A stretch of 64,000 nt of DNA from the human T2T-CHM13v2.0 reference genome, Homo sapiens. The stretch lies in assembly GCF_009914755.1 (NCBI RefSeq), contig NC_060941.1; one strand, written 5' to 3'. This document shows positions 49,379 to 64,000 of the stretch, one piece after another (position 1 is the first letter of the stretch; each line of letters opens with the position of its first letter). Below the pieces are notes generated by a model that was not told the DNA's origin, did no database searches, and was given only the letters and a program-made list of their open reading frames with translations. Position numbers and translations under genes: made by a program.

Positions 49379-52300
49379 GTAGGTCACCCGCGGGCACCGC
49401 TGTCGGTGCGCGCCCGCGAGGCTGCATCCGCAGGGGCGCGCAGGTGATGGAGCCCGCCCAGCCTCCAGTCCTCCTTGCCTCAGTCCTTTCCCCTGCACCA
49501 GCTCCCTCCAGGCGCCGCTCGCAGGCGCGACCCCTCCTCCCTAACTTCCCAGACCCCGGAGCTCTTCTCACTCGCCGCCTTCTGCTCCGGGCTCCGGTTG
49601 CCAAGCGCAAAGTGTGACGCATCCTTTACCTGCGTCCCCGGCTGCCCCTTCGCTTCGTCCTCCCTGCCTTTCCCCGGGACTCCCTTCTCCCTCTGGCCGC
49701 CTGTCTTCCTGGAAACAGGTGTTTGCTCTGATTGTGCTGGAGGCAGCCGAACCGCAGTCGGTCTCCGGAGATCTCTTCCCTCCCCTCCCCTGCGCCGAGT
49801 TCAGGGCTGCTCCCGGGTCCAGGGAAAGTGCTGGGCCTGGTCGGCCTGCCCCTCCCGCCGTGTTTGTTTTCAGGGACTATGACTGTACGAGATTCTGGAT
49901 CACTTTCCTGGCCGGGTTTCTTAAGGCGTTTGGTGGGGGGAAAGGGTGAGGGGTGGGAGAGGAAGGAAGGTGCTGGTGGAATGGCGTTGCTGCCTGCTTG
50001 ATGTTAGGACTGATTTCAGTGGAGGGAGGGAGGCTGCAAAAAGGAGGCCCAAGTCCTCGGGAAGATGAGATAAGCAGAGAATCGCAGCCAGGTAGGGGAG
50101 GGGGACAGAGGCCCCACAGTCAGAAGAGTCAGGCCCCGGGAAGCTGCAAGACCCCGCCTGCTGCCATCACGGTGAAAATGGGCTACATCTGGACTCCAGG
50201 AGCGGCTCTGCAGGGTGCCAACATCTATTAAGGTTACATAAAAATCCTGGTGGGTCGCTCCCAAGACTAGACATTCTTTGAACACAGGAGCGTTAGGTAG
50301 AAGGGATTTTTCCTGGAACCCCTACTCCTGGGGAGGGATTTCCGTTGCTGCTGTGGCAAAGGAATTCAGGTGTGCTGTTCTAAAGCAATCAGAAAGCAAA
50401 GAATCCAGCCTTGGGTGCAGTTCAAATGCAAGCTCAACACCTCGAGGGCTCTCCACTAGGTTTACGGAGAAACCGAATACCTTTCTTGGGTGGGAAGTGG
50501 AGCCTGAACTGGCATCTGGTAGGATGGGGGTGGGGACATCCCTGGGGAATAGGGGACATCTGAACTCCCGTCTGAGCATACTGCCCTAGTTACAGTGGGC
50601 ATTTGAGGGCAGGGGATGCGGTGGCTTCTTATGCTTCCAGGGACTCCAGATGGTTTCCAAGTAACAATGTCTAAAATTGACTTGGATTCATTTTTCCTTC
50701 CCAAACACATGTGCTTTAACATGAGGGGGAATTTATGAATAGCAGAGTCAGATTAGCCCAGATTTCTGGCATGGTATTGCCACAGATATAGCCTCACGTG
50801 GACTGCCTTTTGATGTGTTGGATGCCGAGATAGTGTTTCCTGGTATTCGTTGTTTAGCAGATGACAGTCAAGCCGACCCGTCTTTAATGTCTTGGCTTCT
50901 TCGTCACCCTGCAGGCGGGCATTGGCCATCACCTCAGACCAGCCAAGTGACCAGGAGGCCCCTGACACTAGACTTGGGTTGCTGGTTTCTCTTGGTCTTG
51001 GGGTTTCAGTGCCGTGCTAGAATCTAAATGTTCAGAACATGTTTATGCCTCCTCCCTGGCCTTCCTGAAACACAATTCTTCTTTTTTTCAGGACCTGTTT
51101 TTAAATGGGGGAGATTTTTGCGCCATGGCATCATATCTTATTTTTCAGCCTCATCCATGGGGGGAATGCAAAATGGTGAGGGGAGGTTGGATTTCAGAAA
51201 AAGTGGTCTTAGGTATTGAGAGCACGTTCTTGGAAGTCCAAGCAGCTGGTTACCAAGAGGTTCTTTCCTCTTCTTTGTTGGGGCTCTGGTGGATGTTGGC
51301 CTATGGATGAATTCTGCCTTTCTCCGTTGGTAGCCATTGTGTTGTGCACTGGGCCAGGTGAGGGCCAGCCTGTATCGCTTTTGATGAAATCCAGAGCAAG
51401 CCTTTTAAAGCAAAAACCAGTTCATGTTACCTTGCTGCTGAAAAGCTTCCAGCGACATCTGATTGTGCTTAGCATCTCATATCTTGCCAGGGTTCTACAG
51501 GACCATCCTTGGTTGGCCTTTTTTCTTAACTCTTTTTCTCCCCATTCTCATCTCTTCACATTCATGGAGCTCTAGCCGTGTGGCCTTTCTTGCCCCAAAC
51601 ACACTGAGCTCATATCCACCTTGAGGATTTCGTTTTTACTGTTTTCCCATTTTTTTTGTTTTTTGCTTGGCTGAGAATGTGCTCCTTCCAAGTAGCTTTT
51701 TCTCATCATTTCAGTCTTGGTTCCAAGGCCTTCAAGAGGCCCTTCCTCCCCTATTTACCTCCAGCTCATCATTTTTTCATTTCTGGACAGCACTCATCAC
51801 TGATTGAAACGCTTTTATTTTTTATTTTCTTGTCTGTCTGCTTCCAGCAGAATCTATTGATTGCTGTTGTATGCCTGTGTAGATAGTGCAATGCCGTTTA
51901 GACTACTGACTCTCAATCGGTGTTGATTGCCGAGATTAAAACGGTTTACCCCAGGGTCCGTGAGGGTCAGCGAGAGGGGCAGTATCTCCTCTATTATTGA
52001 GAATGTTTTGGGTCATGATCCTATGAGTATTGGAGTAAAAGAGCCCGCGGTTGCCTGTTAATTTCTTAAATCAGTAGAAGCACATAGGATTGGAATTTGG
52101 ACTTTAGGTGTGCAGTTATAAAGCACTTGATTTTTATCCTTATATTTTTCTAAAGTTTTCCTCTTTCCGAGGGAGGACTAAGAGGACTTGAAAGTCCTTC
52201 CTCATGGCTCGCCTTCCCTAAGTTGCAGGTTCTGGAGTTCTGAATATAAAACTTAAAGTCATTTTAACAATGTAGGAGTTGCCCTACTTAAACATACTCT

Positions 52301-52800
52301 GCTGGGTTACTAGTACTTTCTCTCGAAGTGCTCACATCCAAGTCATATTAAGGGCGTCAGCGACTATGAAAAGATTTGATAAAACCCATTGTATTTAACT
52401 GACAAAAGTTTCAGCCCCTCCTTGGTCTGTTTCCTTAGTCTGCACGTGTTCCTTCTGCTTTGAACTTTCCCCTTTCTGTCCCTTCACTTCAATCCGTCCT
52501 TTGGGAAGCACTCCCTGGCCACTGTGTGCCTCATGGTTAGGAGCACAGGCTTTCCACTGGGACAGGTTTAGTTTGTTGCTGACTATGGAATCCAGAGCTT
52601 AATTCTCTGCACATTAATTTTCTTACTTGCAAAATGGGAGTAGTTAAGGATTGCACTGTGGTAATGTGGTAACCACAGTGATAACATAGATAACCTGTGA
52701 AAAGTACCTAGCAGTGCTCAGCACTAGGAAATGCTTAATAAATGGTAGCTACAAGTATCTCTGGGCAAATGTTATGACTGTTATTGAATTATATGCACTA

Positions 52801-53278
<478 letters not shown>

Positions 53279-55949
53279 TCATTTACTTTCCCCACTAGAC
53301 TTTAAACTCTTTGGAGGCAGGGACAGCTGCCCTAACGCTGCCCTGTATAGAAGGTCCTCTGTCATTCTTTGGCAATGGAATGAGTAAGTGAACAAAAGAT
53401 CCATGCGCTATAGATAGGGGAGTCTTTTGAAGTAGTTCAAAGATGGGGAAAGCTCCTGATACCATGTTTCTTTAACGTTGTGATGGTGGTCAGAGGAGAG
53501 AGGAACAGCTGCACTTCTGGGCATTGGAAGGGCAGAGCAAGATTTACGGGAGAATTTGGTTCTTGCCTGATTGATGGCAGCATTTTTCTTTTTACCTTCA
53601 AGAGAGTCTAGCAGTTGCTGGAGTGAGAAGCATACCGAAAGGCATAGAGTATTTTTCTTGGAAGTGACATTTGCTTGATGTTGGGTGGAGCAAAGCCCTG
53701 AGCTAAAATTTGGCACCCACGAGACCCACTAAGATAAAGCAAATGGAAGAAGTAATGGTACCTTGATTTGGTGGGGAGGACTTTTTTTTCCAGTCTGCAC
53801 AGTGGGTTCACAGCGGCCCCATCCTCAGAGGGCTGTCATGAGGTTGGAGGGAGCCTGGTCCACTGAAGTCCTCAACAAATGGTTGAGGTGGTTCGTTGTC
53901 ACTGAACACCCATTCAAGTCTTCCAAAAATAATGTTGGCCTCCTAAGTAGAAAAGGATTCTTAGAAACGATTTCAACAGCTACTGCCCAGTGATGGTCCA
54001 AGTGGGGCTTGTCCTCTTGTTTAAAATGAGTGATGTTCAAAGTGTCTGGGAGTAGGTGAGGAACTGTGGGTGTGCGGGAAGGAGAAGGCTGGTTGGGTCG
54101 GGTTGAATTGTGTGGATTTAGAGGCTATGAGTTGGGGAGTGAAGACAAAGTTTTGTCTCTGGAGCCTTGTTTTCTATTCCTTGACTGCTTTGCATACATT
54201 GCAAAGCAGGCTTGGTTTCTGGTGCACAGCTTTGCAGGTATCATTGCTGCTGTGCAGCTCTTGGAATTCAGCTGCAGAGGCCTAGGCATTAGCCAGTGGT
54301 GGGGAGCCTGGGAACTGGAGGCTGAGGCTGCAGCAGCCTCTAGGAGCACTGGTGCTGCAGACATTTTTGTCTGGGCCAAAGCTGCCAAAGTCAGTGAGGA
54401 TCTTTTCCTTGAAGGTATCTCTGAGACATTGCCCTGCCTTGTAGTAGGCCTTCTAAGAGCCGTGACCCAATCAATAGGACATTAGAGGAAAATCAGAACC
54501 AATTCCAAATTTGGCTTTGGACTGCTTTGTTCCTTCCCTTCTATTTCCCTTACTGTGAGTTAGACCTGCCAGACCAACACAGGCCCTGCCATGGGCTTCC
54601 TGTTAGCCCAGCAGGGCTGGGCGGACCCAAACTCGTCCCCCAAAGAGCGCTGTGCACATTGAATGGGTCTCAGAGCAAAGTTTTTCATTAGAGTTTTATG
54701 GAAGCCCAGGCCTTACTGCCTGTTCTGCTGTATATATGTGAGAGATAACAGAGTGTACTAACCCACCGATTACTGGGTTAGCAAATCTGGAGAGAATATT
54801 CTTTGCTCTTATCTTCTAAGATCCTCACTGTGTGGGTCTGCTGGGTTTCACCTTCTGCTGAGCTGCTGTCAGCAGTCAGCCTGAAGCTGTCTAGATTTCC
54901 TGCAGAATTCTGTTATCCCAGACCTGCAAGTCATCGTGAGGAAGCCATGCTCTTAAATAGCAATTAATCATTTTCCTTCCCAGTTTGTCTCCATCAAAGT
55001 AATTTATCAATGATTTTTTTTTTTTAATGATGGGCAATAAGGACCATTTTTTTTTTCTCTAGAGAAAGTGGATCAGTAGCCATACAAATATACTGGTAAT
55101 TTATGGTCATTCCTTTTAGAGGGGATTAGTAAGTATCCCTTTTATTAATAATCAAAAGCAGTTTATTTCAAATGCTATTTGATAAAGACAGCAAATAATA
55201 AAATTATGCTACATCTGTGTGGATGTAGTTGTAGGTCAGGCAGGAGGTTGGGGGGAGAGTCAGAGAGTCAGGCCTCTTCCCTCGGGCGTGGGGCATCCAA
55301 TTGAGCTGGCACCTGGAACTCCACCGCCTTTGGGAAGCTTGTGGCTGTCTAGCAATTTCAAACTCTTCTTTCTGTCCAGGAAGCAGATGTTTTGCTTTCA
55401 TTTTCCAACTTTAGAGCTTATTTTTAGAATAAATGTTTATTTTCCCACAGAATTCAATTTACTTTTTTTAACCTTCATTTTGGTTATATAAGTAATATTT
55501 GTTTATGGTAGAAAAATCATAAACTTATGGATGGGCTAAAAGGAAAAAAAAATCACCTATAATCTCATTACCCAGAGACCATAGTTAATATTTTGGATAT
55601 AGTCTTTCAGTTTTTGAGAAGTATATCTATCTATCTATCTATCTATCTATTCTTTAAAAAGAGTACAGACCATACTCTGTATACTGTTTTGTAACCTGTT
55701 TTTTTTTCCTTTATATTACATCTTGGATATGATCCCATGTCAATAACTGTTAATCCCCAGCATAATTTTTGAAGGCTATACAGTATTCCACTGTAGTTAA
55801 CTCATTTTCTTTTGCTACTCACTTAGCAAATATTTCTCATGAATTTAGCTTCTTAGGATGAAGTCTTAGAAATGTAATTGCTGGGTCAAAGAATATGTGA
55901 ATTTTTAAGACTTTGAATGTGTATATTATACACACATACATACACACTA

Positions 55950-56387
<438 letters not shown>

Positions 56388-59182
56388 TTGAGGCTGAACA
56401 TTTTTAAAGTTCTCTTGACATTAGTTGCCTTTTCTAAATTGCCTGCATTTGTCTTTGCCCCATTTTTCTAAAGTCATGTTCACAATTGTTTTCTTATTGA
56501 TGTTAAGGTAATTTTTAATATATTAAGCATATGTATGCTTTGTCATATGCCACACACATCTCCCTAGAGGTTTTAAAAATTTTTGTTGTATGTCTCTTTT
56601 TTCTTTTGGCCGTGTATAAATTTAACATTTTGTGATCTTAAGTCTATCTATTTGTGGTTTGTTCTTCAGTGTTATGTCTGGGGATACTTTGCCCAGATGC
56701 AGATTATATAAATATGCATGCATTTTTATTACTATTTATAATAATTTCATTTTACCTTCAGATCTCTAGTGTGTCAGTCATTGATTTTGATGTATGACAT
56801 GGCTTAGGTATAATACTTACGCTTTTTAAAATTGATTACCCTGCTATTGATTAGTGTAATTCATACCCACCATATTGAAGTATCATCATCATTGTGTACT
56901 AAAAAATTTCATCTACTTTTATCTTTTTCTGTGATTTCTAGTTTGTTTTTTATTGTCTGTTGGTTCTGGCAGGAATTTAAGACGGGCTCAGCTACCCAGA
57001 TAAGCAGTGGTGGGTTAATCCTTATCATGAGACCCCGTCCATTGGGTGGGAGTGGAGTCAGGCTGAACTTCTCAGCTCAGCTTCAACCCGGGCCATTCCT
57101 GGGTCTTTAGAGCACAACAGCCTTTGCCTAAGGATCATGCTGTGTCTTAACCACAGTTAACCTCCAAATTGCTCCATTATGAAAGAAAGTTGATCAGTTT
57201 TCTTGACTGTGCTCATTTGTTTATTGTCTCTCAGTATTACTTTTTAAAAGTGTATATTAAGATGGAAAAAAATGGGCATTTTTACAATATTGAGTATAAT
57301 GCGAATTCTTCTCATCTGGGAATAGGGCATGTTTATTCCAATCTATTTATAATCCTATAAAGTAGTTTTTGTCCATTTTGCTCCTGTACAATTTTGCTTT
57401 TACTTATAGGTAATTTGTCAGTGTTGTTACTGTAGCTTCAGTGATTTGAATCTTTTATTAAATTATATATTTTTTCTTACTCTTTGTTGCTGGAATGTAG
57501 CGAAGTTGTTGATTTTTATGTAATTATCTTAACAGCCGCCTTCATGAACTATCTCATTATTTTTAAATACTTTTTTTAAAAAAATTGAGTCTGTGGGATT
57601 TTCCAGGGAGACAATTAGGTCTTCTGCAAATAATAATTTTGTATTTTCCTCTCTGGTGGTTTATACTTGTTTTATTTTCTCACCTAATTGCATTGTCTAG
57701 GACTTATAGAACAATGTTAAAATATCATGGCAATATGTGGGCATTCATGTCTTATTAACCTCAATTAAAATGCATGATGATTGGTTTGAGATATTTTGTT
57801 TTTTAATTATGTTACATATTGCATAATTTTATTTTACTTTGAGGTTTTCTTTGACATCAAAGTTAAATTTGATTTATCATGGCATTTGCAGATAATCACA
57901 ATGTGTTTTTTTCTTTGATTTTGACATCACTCAATAATTTATTCCGTATATATTTATTGGACACTTTTATGTTCCAGGCATCATTGATACATCAATGATA
58001 GAGTCAGTACCCATGAGGAGCTTGTGTTTTGGATGTTTGAACCTCAATAGATTTTCTAATATTGAGCTCTCCTTGCCTTCCTGCAGTTAATCTTGACTAT
58101 GGTGTGTTCATATTTTTCAATACTGCTTGATTTAATTTGTTATTTAGGATGTTGGCATTCAACATTCATAAATGAAAGCATTTGATTTTTTTCCCCCATA
58201 TCTGTCATGTTTTGTTAATTGTGTAAAATGAGTTGTTCAATGTTCTTTTTGTTCCTATAGAATGGTAAGATGGAGAAGTACTCATTCTTTGAAGATAAAA
58301 ACAACTTTCCAAGGGTGTTTTCTGGATGTAGTTCTTTGACAGTTTTCTGGATTTCTTGAATGGTTATTGGACTATTCATGTTGTCTATTTTTTCTTGAGT
58401 CAGTTTGAATAACATATTTGATAGAAAAGCATTCATTATACTATGATTTTAAAATTTAATAGAAAGTTTTTGAGTATATCATTGTATTTCTATTGTCATT
58501 CCTAATTTACAATTCTGTTTTTCCCTTTGACAAGTTTTGCCCCAGAGGAAGTCTCTCCCTACCCCGGTCAGTAATTAGATTTAAGCTATTTTCATTTGGA
58601 TTTCTTTCTCATTAGCTTTTGATCAGCACATATGTTTTCTAGTAAATTCTGCTTTTCTCAGATCCTTTCCTCCTGATTTCCCTGAGTTTACTTTGTTCTT
58701 TTCCTGGTCTTTAGTCTTCCATGTTGTGTTAGGATAGGTTAAGCTCTGCTGTGATAACACATGAGCTCTGGAATTTCAGGGGCTTAACATAGCAAAAGCT
58801 TCCTTTAAGCTCATGTGAATGTGATGTGAGTCAGGAGGACTCCCATGGACAGCTCTCCTCCGTGTGTGATTCTGGAACCTAGTCTATCCATCTTCCCCTC
58901 CACCTCAAAATCTCAGTATGTGGTTTTCAGTCAGTGCTAAAGGTAAAAGAGAAAATAGAAGTGGTATACTGGCTCTTAGATGCCTGGGCCTGGAATTCAC
59001 AAACGTCACTTATGTTCACTTTTCATGGGCCAGTACTAGTTCCCTGGATATGACTGGAGACAGGGAGCCTCCACCCCTGTTGAATCTCCAGCAGTCTTCT
59101 TTCTCTCCGCTTCCACTGCTCATGACTGTCTTTTGAATCTACAGTCTTCTCTGCCCCGCCCTACCCTCCGACGTTCAGGTAT

Positions 59183-59411
59183 GCTCACTGCAAACTCTGC
59201 CTCCCGGGTTCAAGTGATTCTTCTGCCTCAGCCTCCTGAGTAGCTGAGATTACAGGCAGCTGCCACCACACCAGGCTAATTTTTGTATTTTTAGTAAAGA
59301 CAGAGTTCACCATGTTGGCCAGGCTGGTCTGGAACTCCTGACCTCAGGAGATCCATCTGCCTTGGCCTCCCAAAGTGCTAGGATTACAGGTGTGAGCCAC
59401 CATGCCCGGCC
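59183..59411 (-). mobile_element. 3'-truncated AluS
   Basis: Alu consensus lacking the tail end. Confidence 0.88.
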
Positions 59412-62225
59412 AGAGAAAATTAATTTTTTGTTTTGAGCCCTTTCTACAATAGGGAGAGGAATAATGAAGAGAACAGAAACTATCCTACTGTACTGGAATG
59501 GCACCTACTTTATGGGGTTATTGTCAAGGTTAAGTAAGATAGTAAATATCATATCCTTAGAATAACCCCTGGTTGTAATAAGCACTCAATAAATGACAGT
59601 TATTACCAATATTCCTTGCCGTGCTGAAAGTGTCTTTGACATGAAGCATTTATTTTGTTATTTATATTCCTCGTTACCTGAAAATTACAACTTGAAATTG
59701 ATACCCATTTGTCTCCTTTTCCCAAATCAAGCCCAGTTTTTCTGTATTTAGCCAAGAGCATGCCTGAAGGCAGCACCTTGAGGTATCAGTAATTGTAATG
59801 GCTTCACTCATTGAATCCCCATGGTGACTAATAGTTATTGTATCACTCAATTTAAGTCTAGGTTAAGCAGCTGTAACAAAAGCCCCCAAGTCTCAGCTGC
59901 TTATAGCACTGGCCAGTGGAGGGTTGGAGGCAGCTCTTCTGAGACCCAGGCTGCAGTGGGCTCGGTTCCACACATGGTGCAGTGATGGCAGAGGCAGTAA
60001 ATGAGGATGTGAGAAGTTATATCCTGGCTCTGAATATTCTGGAAGTGACGCGTGCCACTTCTACTCTCAAAGTAGAAGGCAATCCTGATACCGGCCAAAA
60101 GTCATAGAGCCACAGAAGCCACATCTGTGTCATCTGTTGTCAGGAACTAGGCTATGTAGTTTATAAGCATTATTTTAATTCACTCATTGCAACGTCTCTG
60201 TGAATGGGGCTATTTACAGCCCCATTTCACAGATGGGGAAATAGAGGCTAAAAGCGGCAGAGCCAGATTTGAACCAGGGCCTAAGTAGGTCAGTCGTAGG
60301 CAAATGCCTCTCCTGCTTCTCTCCCCCTAATCTTGTTATTTCTGCTGCCTCAGAGTCCCTCAAAGTTACTTCAGTTTAGGTGGTTTTAGAAATGCTAATT
60401 AACTGCTCCTGACTTGAATAAAAATAAAAATGTCACGTTCATTTAAGATAATTGAGTGTCTTGTATGTACCCTTAACCACAAGGAGCATAAAGTGAAATT
60501 TCTGCCAATAGAAGATTCTTTCACTTTGTTTTTTTTATTGCAATTTCAGCAGAAAAGGTAAGAGAAAGTTCTTTGTAGCTCTATGCTGAGAGACAGCAGT
60601 TTATCTGCAAAAGCCTCTACAGACTCCTATGTAACACATTAACCAAACAAGGACCTGAAAACATAGAGTCTGAGAAAGGAATATGAAAAGTGGACAGAGC
60701 TTTTAGCACTAGGAATCTCATGCACACTGTTGCCTTTGCAGATGTGTGTGCACACTGGCTTGGTTTTCCTAGATGCTGTTTAAGTGTGTCCTCTGACGGA
60801 CACTTGTGCAGTAACGGCACAGACCTTCCTGTTTTATCCTCCCAACAACTCTTAAGAGTAGGTTCTGGTGTCTCCCCCATTTTCTACACAAGTCTCAGAG
60901 CAGGTGAGTGCCTTGTTGCTGCTGGTTGCATAGCTGGTGAGGGAAGTGGTTTGAGATTTGCTTCCAGAAATGCTGGCTCTGACATTGATATTTTTCATCA
61001 CTGTACTTTAATGACTCTGCAGTAGGGAAAGAAGCATAAACAATGAAATGTCTAATATTAATGGAATGATTAAGTAAATTCTGGTACATTTGCACAATTG
61101 TAACTATTAGTGTTTTTATGACATTCAAAAAATGTCTAAGGGCCGAGAGACATGTTTATGATAGGGAACAGGATATATGAGTGCATACAGGGTTAAGATT
61201 GTACAGTATTTTAAAAAATGCATAGAAAAGTCTGGAAGGAAATCAGGAAAGACTAGAAGATTAAGCATAAAATGTTATCTCTGGGCAGGATTATGAGTGA
61301 TTTGATTTCTGCTGCTTATGCTTTTTTTTAACTTCCAAATTTCTTAAAATAAACGTGTATTTTATTGAAGAGAGAGAGAAAAAAAAAGCTTCCAGGGCTC
61401 AAAGTAGACAACTGTAGTCAGAATTTCTTAGAATGGTATTTTATTTTAACTTTGGGGCCCTAAAAAGTCTAAGTACAAATATGTTTCCAGTTGCCTTGAC
61501 TCCTGGTTTTAAATGTGAGAAATCTCTTATCTTTAATGTTCTGGAAGGGACGTGATGTCAGATCTCATTTTCTAGGATAAACTAGTCTGCCATTGGAAAA
61601 TGATATGCTAATAGCCTTTTAGGCCATTGCTACTAATTTTAAAGACATAACATTTTGAGACTTGGTCTGTATGACACATAGCTGAAATTTGCTGGTTCCC
61701 CCATAATCAGTTAGGGTTCTCTGGATGCAGCAGCAGAAATAGACTCTAGCTAATTTTAGCAAAAAAGGAGTTTTGGGAAGGGTGGGGATGGTTGAAAAAT
61801 CAAAGGGAAGAGCTGGACAGTGCGGCCTGGGAGTGACCACAGAGTGTCCCTGCTGCAGGGCAAAGGACAGTGTCGTCAGAGGCCACTGGCAAAGGAGTTG
61901 CTTCAAAATTCTTTTCTGTCATTGGGTCACTCAGGTGATTCACATATGACAGTCTAGTTCGTTAAGTCCGATCTTCACTTGGAAACAGGGGGAGAATAGG
62001 AATTCTTTCGATTGACAGTCTACAATGACAGCAGTGAGGAGAGGCAGAGTGCAAAAGGAAAATCAGACTCTTGGCCCGAGGACAGGGAAGGGATGATGCT
62101 GTTTAACATACCCAGTTGTTGACCAGGCTCTTTAATCAGTGACATCAAAGACCCCACCTTGATCGATTTGCCAGGGTTCTACTTACTGATTTAGTGTGTT
62201 TCCTGGCATTCAAAGTAGTCCATTC

Positions 62226-62880
<655 letters not shown>

Positions 62881-64000
62881 CAGAGAAGTCCATTTTTATC
62901 TCTTACCTATCCAGTTGGCTCCTATGAATCCATCCCTGAATTATATTTTATCTGTTTCTCCTTTTTAATTTATTTAAACTTGATTTAAGAGACAGTGTCT
63001 TACTCTGTTGCCCAGGCTGGAGTGCAGTGGCGTGGGTCGTAGCTCACTGTATGCTCAACTTCCTGGGCTCAAATGATCCACCCATCTAGGCCTCTTGCTT
63101 TTTAAATTTCTGTATCTTAATTATAGTCTGCTTCTCTAGCCTCGACTTTTGCAGGGACTCCTTTCTTTGTATTCTTGCCCTTAGCCTCTTCTTCCTCTGA
63201 CTTCCCGCAACACAGCCCAGACCATATTTTTGAATACATGGACTGAAGAATGTAATTTTCCTTTTTTTCAAGTTTTGTTCTGTGGGGAAAAAAATCCTAG
63301 CACTGTTGGAAATACTGCATACTATAAATTTATCTTAGAAATTTACAATCTATATTTGTATTTACGGCTCTAAGAAGTTCTGCAGTTAAGAAAACTCGTG
63401 ATCATTTGTATCTCTTGGATTGCTTTCGGTTATAATAACAGATGTCATAATTCAGAGTGGCTTAAACAATAAGGGAACTTTTATTCCAGGATGATAGGGC
63501 ATCCAAAGGTAGGAGGAGTCCAGGTGTCTTGTGATTAAGTCACTTGCTGTCTTTCTCTCCATTTTTCTTCGCTTTGCCTTCATCTGTGTCTTGGCTTGTT
63601 TCCCTGTCAAAATACAGGTGTTTGCAGCAATTAGGGTGATTTGCCTCCACGTTCACAAACCAAAGAGGAGACAAAGAAGCAGCCCAAGTGGTCCTGATCA
63701 TGGAATAAGAGCGCTTTCCTCTAGTCTAGGCCAATTTATTTCACACGTTTACTATTGACCATTAACACATGCTGGAGGGAGGGGTTGCAGAGGGCTGATG
63801 GTGCCCATGCTTCTGTCTTTGAAGCCAGAAAGTAGGATTATGATGACTGGCTTAGATCCATCAAGACCCCATCTGGAGTTGGACGTGGGGATAGCCTCGC
63901 CTAAGTCAGGAGACCTTCATGGCGAAGGGATGGGTACCTGGGCAAATCAGAGTTTTCATGGGAAGGAAGGAGGAGGAAAGTATTCAAGTAAACAGCCAAC

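Larger units (their letters stand above)
48830..49930. promoter_or_regulatory. ARHGAP44: CpG island / ARHGAP44 promoter and 5' UTR
   Basis: Abrupt rise in GC and CpG density (many CGCG and GGCGGCG) surrounding the first coding exon. Confidence 0.93.

Noticed and set aside
48714-49622. 302-aa minus-strand ORF and overlapping 100-170 aa plus-strand ORFs
   Set aside because: Ala/Arg/Pro/Gly-rich low-complexity products, expected from stop-codon scarcity in a CpG island. No recognisable domain.
54324-54360. Short GC palindromes (GAGGCTGCAGCAGCCTC) suggesting a hairpin RNA
   Set aside because: Stems are only ~7 bp with no extended pre-miRNA-like fold visible, so chance is a sufficient explanation.

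Overview
Human (primate) genomic DNA. From the translated exons I recognise it as the MYOCD-ARHGAP44 interval on chr17p12. On the + strand, positions ~3.6-28.5 kb hold the last seven coding exons of myocardin (MYOCD): basic/Q-rich region, SAP domain, leucine zipper, 144-nt cassette exon, PPxY exon and C-terminal transactivation domain, followed by a ~5.3 kb Alu-free 3' UTR. All splice phases join into one open frame of 747 codons plus stop. A repeat-dense intergenic spacer follows, then a CpG-island promoter (~48.8-49.9 kb) with the first coding exon of ARHGAP44 (RICH2), and ~14.6 kb of its intron 1. The rest is about 40 Alus, L1/L2/MIR fragments, MaLR LTRs, DNA-transposon fossils and microsatellites. 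Nearly all of the short ORFs in the supplied track are Alu or simple-repeat artefacts. I see no evidence of a wholly new biological system. The best leads are: (1) a ~210-bp direct duplication bracketing the alternative MYOCD cassette exon; (2) a possible intronic-polyadenylation isoform lacking the transactivation domain; (3) an in-frame alternative donor that would delete the PPSY motif; (4) a start-stop uORF and an E2F/ZNF143 composite element at ARHGAP44, with signals for an antisense transcript running back over MYOCD; (5) an unidentified coding-like fossil near 45.2 kb; (6) several structurally unusual Alus. Repeat boundaries are approximate and family names are assigned by eye.
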